From an uncultured bacterium (GTDB lineage: Bacteria; Cyanobacteriota; Cyanobacteriia; Leptolyngbyales; Leptolyngbyaceae): 11,277 bases of DNA. Below, piece after piece: positions 1-7,157 of the stretch. Positions within the stretch are counted from its first letter, which is position 1. Each line of letters opens with the position of its first letter. Position numbers and translations under genes: made by a program. The stretch is taken from the NCBI GenBank assembly GCA_964524315.1, contig CAZGDE010000232.1, positions 1-11,277 of the forward strand, in the 5' to 3' direction. The notes beneath the pieces were generated by a model, which was not told the DNA's origin, did not search any database, and saw only the letters and a list, made by a program, of their open reading frames with translations.

Positions 1-54
1 CGTTATGGGCAGCCACGTCCCGCGTCCCTTTGCCAACAGGAAACGGAAAGCCAG

Positions 55-378
55 ATGGCCGCACTGGCAGGCAACACAGATACACGGGGATGTGTATTGC
101 GGCTATTTGTCGCCGGGCCCAGCGCCGCGACGGAACGTACCCTATTGAACCTACACCAGTTGCTAGAACAGGCATTGGGACAACCCTATACCCTGAAAGT
201 CATTGACGTGACTCAACACCCAGAGCAGGCAGAACTGGATCAGGTCGCCGCAACCCCAACCCTGGTACGCGTATGGCCCCACCCTGTACGACGATTGGTA
301 GGAAGTTTAGACCAGGTAGAGCAGTTGCTATGGCTTCTGGGCGTGGGTGAAGCCAGCGATTATTCGGCTGCCGTTTGA
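55..378 (+). CDS. kaiB: KaiB-family circadian-clock-like protein (thioredoxin-like fold), 107 aa
   Basis: The translation aligns with KaiB along its length: [15 protein letters not shown] matches KaiB YxLKLYVAGNTPNS, [15 protein letters not shown] matches ALKVIDVLKNPQLAE, and [20 protein letters not shown] matches ATPTLxKxLPxPVRRIIGDL. A purine-rich GGAAACGGAAAG run lies upstream of the ATG. The reading frame is open back to base 1, so an N-terminal extension beyond the window cannot be excluded. The 3' end overlaps the convergent rph gene by 19 nt. Confidence 0.7.
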   Translation: MAALAGNTDTRGCVLRLFVAGPSAATERTLLNLHQLLEQALGQPYTLKVIDVTQHPEQAELDQVAATPTLVRVWPHPVRRLVGSLDQVEQLLWLLGVGEASDYSAAV

Positions 379-1088
379 AAGGCTTGACGTTGCAGTTTGA
401 GTAGCTCCTGAATGCCACTTTCCGCCAGGTCAAGCATCTGATTCAATTGACTGCGACTAAAGCTGCCCGCTTCGGCAGTACCCTGAACTTCAATCAGGTC
501 AAGCTTTTCATTCATCACCACATTGAAGTCAATTTCTGCGGCCACGTCTTCTACATAATTCAAGTCCAGAAGGGGAACGCCCTCCAGTAGGCCGACAGAA
601 ATTGCTGCTACCTGGTGGCGCAGTGGCGATCGCTCCAGTTCCCCACTCTGTAGCAGTTTATTAATTGCCTCCTGAAGGGCAACAAACCCTCCAGTGATGG
701 CAGTTGTCCGGGTGCCTGCATCCGCCTGGAGAACATCGGCATCCACAATAATTGTACGTTCACCCAGAGCTGCCATATCCAGGGTTGAACGCAGACTGCG
801 CCCAATCAGACGTTGAATTTCCTGCGTCCGGCCCGACAGCCGCATAAACTCCCTTTCCTGACGTTCGGGGGTTGCTCCTGGCAACATCCGGTACTCGGCA
901 GTTAACCAACCCTGTCCTTTCCCTTCCAAAAATCGTGGCACTTTAGGCTGAATCGATACCGTACAGAGAACCTGCGTATCGCCAGACTTTGCCAGTACCG
1001 ATCCAGCCGCAAAGCGAGTGAACTGACGCTCAAAGCTAATCAGACGAAGTTGATCGGACTGCCGACCGTCAGGACGTTGCCAAGCCAT
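360..1088 (-). CDS. rph: Ribonuclease PH, 242 aa
   Basis: The translation is full-length RNase PH-like: GSVLxxxGDTxVLCT, [21 protein letters not shown], [27 protein letters not shown] and VEDxAAExDxNVVM are all present. The ATG overlaps the adk stop by one base (TAATG), which suggests translational coupling. Confidence 0.9.
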   Translation of the reverse strand: MAWQRPDGRQSDQLRLISFERQFTRFAAGSVLAKSGDTQVLCTVSIQPKVPRFLEGKGQGWLTAEYRMLPGATPERQEREFMRLSGRTQEIQRLIGRSLRSTLDMAALGERTIIVDADVLQADAGTRTTAITGGFVALQEAINKLLQSGELERSPLRHQVAAISVGLLEGVPLLDLNYVEDVAAEIDFNVVMNEKLDLIEVQGTAEAGSFSRSQLNQMLDLAESGIQELLKLQRQAFQTAAE

Positions 1089-1666
1089 TAATTGCGTCTC
1101 CCCAGTTTTTGCAAGATTTCCTGTTGTACCTGATCGATCGCCTGATTCGCGTTGATCCGCAGCAAGCGATCGCGAAATTCATAATATTCCAACAGTGGCA
1201 GAGTACATTCTTGATACAGGTCAATCCGCCGTTGAATTGTCTCCGGGGTGTCATCGGCGCGGGCCCGCCCCAGCGATCGTTCCACCAGCACCGCCGGGGG
1301 AACATCCAACAGAATGGCATAGTCTAACTGCTGCTTCAGGTCGTCCAGCAAAAAATCTAGTTCCTCTGCCTGAAATGCCGTGCGTGGGTAGCCCTCCAGT
1401 AACCACCCCTGGCTGACATCGGGTCGCAGCAAGCGCTGGCGAATGAACTCAATCATAATTTCGTCTGGAACCAACTCGCCCCGAGCGACATATTGCTGCG
1501 CCTGTCGCCCCAGTTCCGTTTGGCTTTCCCCATCTGAATCCTGGACGGCGATCGCAGCCCGCAAAATATCGCCCGTTGAGATCCAAACAGTACCCAAGTC
1601 ATGGCGCAATCGCTCAGCCTGGGTTCCCTTCCCTGCACCTGGCCCGCCCAGAATTACCAATCTCAC
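1088..1666 (-). CDS. adk: Adenylate kinase, ~193 aa from a GTG start (the ORF-track ATG at 1753 would add 29 aa)
   Basis: The P-loop [16 protein letters not shown] sits at the canonical N-terminal position, followed by adenylate kinase core and lid features (LLDGYPRT-like [10 protein letters not shown]; RxDD as [10 protein letters not shown]). On the minus strand an AGGAGA motif lies 4 nt upstream of an in-frame GTG. Starting there gives [14 protein letters not shown], the usual adenylate kinase N-terminus. The ATG at 1753 would add an unconserved 29-aa leader. Confidence 0.85.
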   Translation of the reverse strand: MRLVILGGPGAGKGTQAERLRHDLGTVWISTGDILRAAIAVQDSDGESQTELGRQAQQYVARGELVPDEIMIEFIRQRLLRPDVSQGWLLEGYPRTAFQAEELDFLLDDLKQQLDYAILLDVPPAVLVERSLGRARADDTPETIQRRIDLYQECTLPLLEYYEFRDRLLRINANQAIDQVQQEILQKLGRRN

Positions 1667-1753
1667 AACCTGTTCTCCTGCTTTCTGGCTCAAGGCTATT
1701 CTGCCATCAAGTGAGGATCGTGCAGCGCCAGAGATCAAAGCGCTAGAAATCAC

Positions 1754-1884
1754 AAAGTATATGTAGTGTTCTTATATCTAGCGTTTTATTTAGCAGCATT
1801 TTCAAAAAATACGCTATATTTTGCCTATTCTAAGAATTCCGGCGTTTGCTGATTCTGTTGCCGTTTATTGAATAGGCAGTTGTC
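1754..1884. promoter_or_regulatory. AT-rich divergent intergenic region between adk-rph (-) and the cobO-like/dcd genes (+); presumed divergent promoters
   Basis: This is a 131-bp AT-rich spacer between divergently oriented start codons. It contains TATATT/TATATC-like hexamers (for example aaaaatacgcTATATTttgcc). No coding potential is apparent. Confidence 0.3.
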
Positions 1885-2421
1885 ATGGTTTCACAAGTCG
1901 AAATGCCTGCACTCAGTTCCAGTCAGCCATTGACGCATCGTATTGAGGGGTTAGTACAAGTTTTTACCTGTACCCATCGCAGTTTTTTTACCAGTGTCAT
2001 GGCGCAGGCGTTACGAATTGCTGGACAGGGTACACCCGTGCTGGTGGTGCAATTTCTCAAGGGAGGAATTGAGCAGGGGTATGAGCATCCCGTCCAACTG
2101 GGACAAAACTTAGATTGGGTGCGCTGCAACTTGCCTCGTTGTATTGATACACCCCATTTAGACCAAGAAGAAGCACAATCGCTGGTCGACCTCTGGCACC
2201 ATACGCGTCAGGTAGTCATGCAGGGGAAATATGACCTGGTCGTGCTGGACGAGCTCAGTCTAGCCATCAATTTTGGGTTAATTTCTGAAACGGAAGTGTT
2301 AGCATTTTTGCGCGATCGCCCCAGTCGCATTGATATCATTCTCACCGGGCCAGAGATGCCCACGGCCTTGCTAGACGTTGCTGATCAAATTACGGAACTT
2401 CGTCGTAGTCACCAACCGTAA
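1885..2421 (+). CDS. CobA/CobO/BtuR-family (corrinoid adenosyltransferase-like) protein with the Walker-A loop replaced, 178 aa
   Basis: The translation aligns with Salmonella CobA: GLVQVFTCTHRSFFTSVMAQALRIAGQGTPVLVVQFLKG matches [39 protein letters not shown], and DLVVLDELSLAINFGLISETEVLAFLRDRPxxIDIILTG matches DMVLLDELTYMVAYDYLPLEEVVQALNERPxxQTVIITG. The P-loop GNGKGKTT is replaced by CTHRSFFT. The gene lies 36 bp upstream of dcd on the same strand. Confidence 0.75.
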   Translation: MVSQVEMPALSSSQPLTHRIEGLVQVFTCTHRSFFTSVMAQALRIAGQGTPVLVVQFLKGGIEQGYEHPVQLGQNLDWVRCNLPRCIDTPHLDQEEAQSLVDLWHHTRQVVMQGKYDLVVLDELSLAINFGLISETEVLAFLRDRPSRIDIILTGPEMPTALLDVADQITELRRSHQP

Positions 2422-2457
2422 CCACACGATTACAGGAACATACTGAAGGAACATACC

Positions 2458-3039
2458 ATGATTAAAAACGATACCTGGATTACTGACATAGCGGCACAGG
2501 GAATGATTACCCCCTTTGAACCACGCCTAGTACGTCAGGTAGACGGTGTACCCGTCATATCCTACGGGCTGAGTAGTTACGGGTATGACCTGCGCCTGTC
2601 CCCCGCAGAGTTTCGCATTTTCCGCCATATTCCCGGTACCGTGGTTGATCCCAAACACTTCAATCCCGCCAATCTGGAACCGGCTGCACTTCATACAGAT
2701 GAAAATGGTAGCTATTTCATCCTCCCGGCCCATTCCTATGGTCTGGGAGTCGCCTTAGAACGACTGGAAGTGCCAGAAAACGTCACTGTCATTTGCATTG
2801 GTAAAAGTACCTATGCCCGGACGGGTTTGATTGCCAATTTGACTCCGGCTGAGGCTGGTTGGCGAGGTTATTTAACCCTCGAATTTTCCAATTCGTCCAG
2901 TGCCGACTGTCGTATTTACGCCAACGAGGGAGTCGTGCAATTACTCTTCCTGGAAGGTGCCCCCTGTGCTGTAAGCTATGAAACCCGTCGAGGCAAATAC
3001 CAGGATCAACCAGAGAAAGTCACACTGGCCAGAGTTTGA
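2458..3039 (+). CDS. dcd: dCTP deaminase, 193 aa
   Basis: The translation shows dCTP deaminase / dUTPase-superfamily features: SSYGYDLRL, FILPAHSYGLGVALERLEVPENV, GKSTYARTGL and GWRGYLTLEFSN. A GAAGGA motif lies 7 nt upstream of the ATG. Confidence 0.9.
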   Translation: MIKNDTWITDIAAQGMITPFEPRLVRQVDGVPVISYGLSSYGYDLRLSPAEFRIFRHIPGTVVDPKHFNPANLEPAALHTDENGSYFILPAHSYGLGVALERLEVPENVTVICIGKSTYARTGLIANLTPAEAGWRGYLTLEFSNSSSADCRIYANEGVVQLLFLEGAPCAVSYETRRGKYQDQPEKVTLARV

Positions 3040-3049
3040 GGTTGACCAG

Positions 3050-4516
3050 TCAAGACCACGATCGCACCACATCAAACCACCATGCCAATAGGTCTTCCCG
3101 CCGAGGGCTGCTATTCCGTTTGAGGCGGTACCATTCTGTTGCTGCCTCCCGAATGATAGTGGCAAAGGTGGTCGAGGGCATGGCCAGATTTGCCAGGCTA
3201 GAAATTTTGAGCTGGCGCTGCATGGCCAGGGCGATCGTGCCAATGATCTCGCTGGCCTGGGGTGACATCAGATGGGCTCCCAGAATCGTGCCGTTACGGT
3301 GCGCGATCAGCTTACACAACCCGGTCATATTGCCAGTAATCTGTGCCTGATCGAGATGGCTCAGGGGCGATCGCAGCACCCACACATTTTTACCGTAGGT
3401 CTGTAAAGCCTGAGTTTCCGTCATTCCCACCTGGGCAACTTCTGGATTGGTATAGGTCACCAGGGGAAGGTTTGTCCGGGAAAATTTAGCGATGGGAAAG
3501 AATAAGGCATTATTGACCGCAACATGCGCCCGTTGGATTTCTATCTGTGTTTGGGCATAGGTGTCAGGACTGGTGCAGGTGTAGATCTCGGTGGTCGCCG
3601 TATCATTAAAAAAGTTACAGGTAACGCCCATTGCAACTGGTTCTATATCTACCGCCGCCAAATTCAAAGCATCAACATCTGCTTCCCAGCCTGTAGCAAC
3701 AACAATGGCATCCGTTTCAATGGCCCGTCTACCTGCCTGTACCCATTTTTTTCCCTCAATCTGTCGAATTTGTGTTGGCACGATACCCGTTAACACCTCA
3801 ATACCCGCCGCTTCCAACTGCGCCTGTAGGAGTTGGGAAATTTCTGCATCTGCCGTTGGCAGAACGCTGTCCTCCGTACTAATAACCGTCACCTGTGCCC
3901 CTAACTGAGCGAATGCCTGGGCGATTTCAATGCCGGGTGCCTGTGTCCCTAGCACAACTAGTTTTTCTACCGCATGAAGGACATGGGGTTGCTCCAAAAC
4001 CTGGTTCACCGTGAAATAACCGCTGGGTTGCCCCCCGTCAATCGTTGGCATTGCTGGACGACAGCCCATCGCCAACAGATATGCCCGCGATCGCAACCGT
4101 CGCCCATCGACCACAAAACCAACCGTTGGCTTGCGGTAAAACTCCCCGACTCCAGAAATTACCTCAATTCCTAAAGAGGATAGGGTTGCAGGGGATTGGG
4201 CGATCGCTAAACTGGCGTTGACCGTCTTTGCCCATCTGCTTGCCTGTTGCCACAACTGACCTTGGGAAGAGGCGTTCAGCCATGCCGATGCTTGCCCAAT
4301 CCCCAACTGTTCCAACTGCTGTACCTGTTGCACAGCCCGTCCCAGTTCTTGCAATACTCGACTATTGACCTGGTCAGGGGCAGCAGTGCCAGATACAGTG
4401 CCAGATAATCTCTGCTCAACCAGGGCAACACGGGCTTGCAAGGTAGCTGCCCTGATAGCAGCATAAACACCTGCTGGCGTGTTACCAATTACAACAAGAT
4501 CGTAATCAACGGTCAT
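3050..4516 (-). CDS. Pyridine-nucleotide-disulfide oxidoreductase family protein (lipoamide dehydrogenase-like) with degenerate cofactor and redox motifs, ~489 aa
   Basis: The N-terminal Rossmann region is DYDLVVIGNTPAGVYAA. A second dinucleotide-binding region is LVVLGTQAPGIEIAQAFAQLGAQVTVI. The C-terminal interface segment GAHLMSPQASEIIGTIALAM matches the lipoamide dehydrogenase GAHIxGPxAGELIxEAALAM. The likely start is the internal ATG at 4516 (MTVDYD...); the ORF-track start at 4582 adds 22 unconserved residues. Confidence 0.75.
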   Translation of the reverse strand: MTVDYDLVVIGNTPAGVYAAIRAATLQARVALVEQRLSGTVSGTAAPDQVNSRVLQELGRAVQQVQQLEQLGIGQASAWLNASSQGQLWQQASRWAKTVNASLAIAQSPATLSSLGIEVISGVGEFYRKPTVGFVVDGRRLRSRAYLLAMGCRPAMPTIDGGQPSGYFTVNQVLEQPHVLHAVEKLVVLGTQAPGIEIAQAFAQLGAQVTVISTEDSVLPTADAEISQLLQAQLEAAGIEVLTGIVPTQIRQIEGKKWVQAGRRAIETDAIVVATGWEADVDALNLAAVDIEPVAMGVTCNFFNDTATTEIYTCTSPDTYAQTQIEIQRAHVAVNNALFFPIAKFSRTNLPLVTYTNPEVAQVGMTETQALQTYGKNVWVLRSPLSHLDQAQITGNMTGLCKLIAHRNGTILGAHLMSPQASEIIGTIALAMQRQLKISSLANLAMPSTTFATIIREAATEWYRLKRNSSPRREDLLAWWFDVVRSWS

Positions 4517-4748
4517 AACTTCGTATATGGCTGACCAAATCTTAGTTAAAGATTTAGCTTCACCCGTAAAATGCACCCGCACAGTAGCATGTAATTATTG
4601 CCGGGGGATCCCTTGAGGATCACAAAAGTACATACTACGCAGATCAGTTCAGCCCTGTGCAGGATTTTTTAACGCTGGAACAATTCATCATTAAAGTAAA
4701 GGCTTCCAGCATCACTAAGTTTTATTGCATCTCATAAGACTGAATCCT

Positions 4749-5174
4749 ATGGCATCCGAACAACAAGTCAGACAGTACCTTGCCTATTGGTTTCAGTTGG
4801 GTAAGCAAGTGCTAATTCAGGGTGGGGAAACAGCATTGTTGCCCCGTCCTGTGATCCAGGGCGATCGCTACAGTCAGGAATTTGAGGTCTGCTGGCAAAC
4901 GGTTATTGCCTCCCAATCAGGCGATTGTTACCTGGAAGGTACGACCCAAACGATAGCAGAACTGCTCACACCATCCTGGGAAATTAATCCATGCTGCCGT
5001 TGCTCCATGCCAGTACCACAAAAAGTTGTAGGTCATCCTGGGAATCCAGACTGTACCTGTGCTGATATGCCCGGCTGGCCCAATACTGAAATCCCTTCGC
5101 CCCGTGCTCCAATTGATAGCACTGTATTACTCCTCCGCATTCGCGATCGCCTGCGTCAAGCCGGCGGACAGTAA
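4749..5174 (+). CDS. Cys-rich hypothetical protein, ~141 aa
   Basis: The ORF is clean and long, with an ATG at 4749. The track start at 4725 is a TTG. There are 7 Cys residues, including the clusters NPCCRCSMP and DCTCAD. I do not recognise the family. Confidence 0.5.
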   Translation: MASEQQVRQYLAYWFQLGKQVLIQGGETALLPRPVIQGDRYSQEFEVCWQTVIASQSGDCYLEGTTQTIAELLTPSWEINPCCRCSMPVPQKVVGHPGNPDCTCADMPGWPNTEIPSPRAPIDSTVLLLRIRDRLRQAGGQ

Positions 5175-5239
5175 CCATCGGTGCGTGTTCGACCGAACCT
5201 CTAACGCAAATCATGCAACGGATCAGGTTAGATAAACCA

Positions 5240-5276
5240 GAAGCGGTAGGATGATGTATTTTCACCCTACCGCTTC
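5240..5276. terminator. Candidate bidirectional intrinsic terminator hairpin between convergent genes
   Basis: The hairpin has a 14-bp stem (gaagcggtaggatg / caccctaccgcttc) with one A-C mismatch and a 9-nt loop (atgtatttt). The flanks are moderately T-rich on both strands (cacttgattgat on +, tggtttatct on -). It lies 66 nt after the 4749..5174 stop. Confidence 0.4.
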
Positions 5277-5292
5277 ACTTGATTGATCATGG

Positions 5293-5338
5293 AGCAGTTC
5301 GCTCCGTCAACTATTCGCGGTAGCCGGAGCGAACTGCT
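5293..5338. other. Perfect 14-bp inverted repeat with an 18-nt loop overlapping the stop codon of the 5311..5592 gene
   Basis: The arms agcagttcgctccg (5293..5306) and cggagcgaactgct (5325..5338) are exact reverse complements. The right arm encodes the last 9 codons of the minus-strand small protein, and the loop contains its TAG stop. Confidence 0.35.
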
Positions 5339-5592
5339 GGATCGGGACTGCGATACGTCGTCTGGGTAGTTTTGGGTTTGCGGAATAGATTGGCCAAACC
5401 AATTAAACCGATTAACCCCAACCAACCTAAATTGTTATTATCATCCCGTGTTTCTTGAAAAGGCGTGGTATCCAAGGTAGGCGAATTGGGCGAGCTTTGC
5501 GCATGAACTGGCAGCGTTGCTGACAGCATGGTCAAACTCAGGGCCAATACCCCAGCCCCCAAGATTTTCTGAGAAGCATGACGTAACTGCAT
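5311..5592 (-). CDS. Small secreted or membrane-anchored protein with a Gly-zipper hydrophobic segment (paralogue 1), 93 aa
   Basis: The N-terminal Sec-type signal peptide is MQLRHASQKILGAGVLALSLTMLSATLPVHAQ. A Ser/Thr/Asp/Asn-rich linker follows, then NLGWLGLIGLIGLANLF and a basic stretch RKPK with a polar tail ending GYRE. A GAGGA motif lies 7 nt upstream of the ATG. It is a paralogue of the 5728..6003 gene. Confidence 0.6.
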   Translation of the reverse strand: MQLRHASQKILGAGVLALSLTMLSATLPVHAQSSPNSPTLDTTPFQETRDDNNNLGWLGLIGLIGLANLFRKPKTTQTTYRSPDPAVRSGYRE

Positions 5593-5727
5593 TATTTTTC
5601 CTCGTTAGATATTAATAATCGCGAATTGGCCCTAAAAAGGAACCTCTGTCAGTCAATGGGTCTATGTTGAAGGTCGTCGTAGTCAGTTACTTCGCTAATC
5701 GCCAACATCACAATCAGGGCGAGATGA

Positions 5728-6003
5728 TTAGTAGCGAGAACTGGGATTCGTCACTTCATCACGATCGCGGTAGTGTACCGCCGGTGCCTCATTCTTCTTC
5801 GCCAAACCAGCCAGGCCAGCGAGACCCAACAAACCTAACCAGCCCCAATCAAAGTCCCGATCGCCAGCATCACGAGTGTCAGTCGTCGTATTAACATCCG
5901 GTGGTGCCGAGGTTTGGGCAGAAACAGACAGTGAGGGCAGCATCGCCACACTGAGCGCGATCGCGGCAGTAGCAAGCACTTGAGGTAAAGAATTAATTTT
6001 CAT
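5728..6003 (-). CDS. Small secreted or membrane-anchored protein with a Gly-zipper hydrophobic segment (paralogue 2), ~92 aa
   Basis: The start is taken at the ATG at 6003: a GGAG motif lies 9 nt upstream, and this start gives the signal peptide MKINSLPQVLATAAIALSVAMLPSLSVSAQ. After a TTTDTRDAGDRD linker come DFDWGWLGLLGLAGLAGLA, KKNE and a polar tail ending SSRY. The ORF-track start at 6063 adds 20 unconserved residues. Confidence 0.6.
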   Translation of the reverse strand: MKINSLPQVLATAAIALSVAMLPSLSVSAQTSAPPDVNTTTDTRDAGDRDFDWGWLGLLGLAGLAGLAKKNEAPAVHYRDRDEVTNPSSRY

Positions 6004-6197
6004 CGGGTTCATCTCCTGCAAGGGAATGTGCATGGTGGCTTTGCCAACAACCAACCATGACAACGTGATGCCCTAACATTAATTTGACCTGACTGACGGT
6101 TTAATCGCCCCTCAGCTAGAAAAGGGAGATACGAAGGACTGTGACTAAAGAATGAGAGGTTTTCTATCGTCACCGTAGCCACTATATCCAGTTCGTC

Positions 6198-7157
6198 CTA
6201 TGTGAGCGTACCCGTTAGCGTTGCTGCCTGCCGTCGAGGAATTTCTACCGTCAAAAAATCTGATGCCAATTCGGTGTTGGGAAAAATCGCCCGTGCTTCC
6301 AGGAGCAAATCTTTGATCTCCAACTGATTTCCAGGAGCATAGCGGGGACTAAAGTGCGTCATGATCAACTGTTGCACCTGAGCTGCCAGAGCCACTTGGG
6401 CTGCCATTGTGGAAGTGGAATGGAGCCTTTGATAAGCCAACTCGGCATCTTGATGGGCAAAGGTGGCTTCATGCACGAGAACATCTGCACCCTGTGCCAG
6501 TTCAACCGCACTGTCACAAAAAATCGTATCCGTGCAATAGACAAACTTACGGCCAACCTGAATCGGGCCACACAGATCAGCACCGTTGATTTGTCGCCCA
6601 TCCGGGAGAGTAATCACCTCGCCACGCTTCAATTTTCCGTAGATCGGCCCCGAAGGAATCCCCAGAGCAATCGCCTGTTCCACATCAAAATGTCCAGGGC
6701 GATCCTTTTCGGTCACCCGGTAACCAAAGGCAGGTACCCGATGCTTCAATAACCCACAACTAACAATGAATTGCTCATCCTCAAACACGACACCGGGACG
6801 AACGGTGTGAACTTTAACGGGATAGGAGAAGTGCGTCTGGGAATACCGCCGACAGGCTTTCAAGTACTCATCCAGATCAGGGGGGCCATAAATGTCAATC
6901 CGCTGTGCATTACCCGCCAAACCACAACTCGCCAGTAACCCCAACAAGCCAAAAATATGATCGCCATGCATATGGGTTACAAAGATGCGGCTGAGTTGGC
7001 TCACCCTTAAATCACTCCGCAAAATTTGGTGCTGGGTACCTTCGCCACAGTCAAACAGCCAAAACTCCGCCCGTTGCGGCAGGCGTAGAGCAATGCTAGA
7101 CACATTACGTGCCCGCGTCGGGACCCCCGAACTAGTTCCTAGAAAGGTGATTTGCAA
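6198..7157 (-). CDS. rnz: Ribonuclease Z (tRNA 3'-processing endonuclease), 319 aa
   Basis: The N-terminus is [26 protein letters not shown]. The metallo-beta-lactamase motif [10 protein letters not shown] (HxHxDH) is present, and the length is typical of the short form of tRNase Z. Confidence 0.9.
   Translation of the reverse strand: MQITFLGTSSGVPTRARNVSSIALRLPQRAEFWLFDCGEGTQHQILRSDLRVSQLSRIFVTHMHGDHIFGLLGLLASCGLAGNAQRIDIYGPPDLDEYLKACRRYSQTHFSYPVKVHTVRPGVVFEDEQFIVSCGLLKHRVPAFGYRVTEKDRPGHFDVEQAIALGIPSGPIYGKLKRGEVITLPDGRQINGADLCGPIQVGRKFVYCTDTIFCDSAVELAQGADVLVHEATFAHQDAELAYQRLHSTSTMAAQVALAAQVQQLIMTHFSPRYAPGNQLEIKDLLLEARAIFPNTELASDFLTVEIPRRQAATLTGTLT

Noticed and set aside
200-433. Antisense or shadow ORFs from the six-frame track. 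Examples: 200..433, 608..805, 1069..1320, 1109..1327, 1195..1416, 1443..1766, 1453..1638, 1923..2129, 2527..2733, 2941..3243, 3036..3350, 3524..3793, 3591..3908, 3974..4174, 4276..4488, 4984..5265, 5664..5894, 6354..6752, 6365..6601, 6407..6589, 6985..7200, 8021..8215, 8900..9094, 9060..9332, 9424..9735, 9506..9856, 9702..9995, 9938..10123, 10039..10314, 10501..10728, 10885..11256.
   Set aside because: Each overlaps a well-supported gene on the opposite strand or in another frame. Their translations are low-complexity and Arg/Pro/Ser/Cys-biased with no recognisable motifs, the typical shadow-ORF signature in a GC-rich genome.
1764-1775. The 12-mer TATATGTAGTGT is shared between the adk/cobO-like promoter region and the rnz/SpoIID intergenic region (7349..7360).
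   Set aside because: Several chance 12-mer matches are expected in 11 kb counting both strands, and there is no extended similarity around it.
4600-4640. GATC-rich palindromic cluster ccGGGGGATCCCttgaGGATCac in the 4517..4748 divergent spacer.
   Set aside because: These are short palindromes, and GATC-containing motifs are generally common in this HIP1-rich genome. There is no extended symmetry and no clear function.
4725-4748. ORF-track start at 4725 for the Cys-rich hypothetical gene.
   Set aside because: The codon at 4725 is TTG, and a proper ATG follows 8 codons later at 4749. The shorter form is preferred, though this is unverified.
5187-5198. Short inverted repeat GTTCG-AC-CGAAC just downstream of the 4749..5174 stop.
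   Set aside because: It has only 5-bp arms with a 2-nt spacer, which is too short to be significant or to form a hairpin.
5311-6003. PEP-CTERM / exosortase sorting signal as an explanation for the GWLGLLGL segments.
   Set aside because: There is no Pro-Glu-Pro motif before the hydrophobic stretch. The proteins continue for about 23 residues after the basic cluster instead of ending there.
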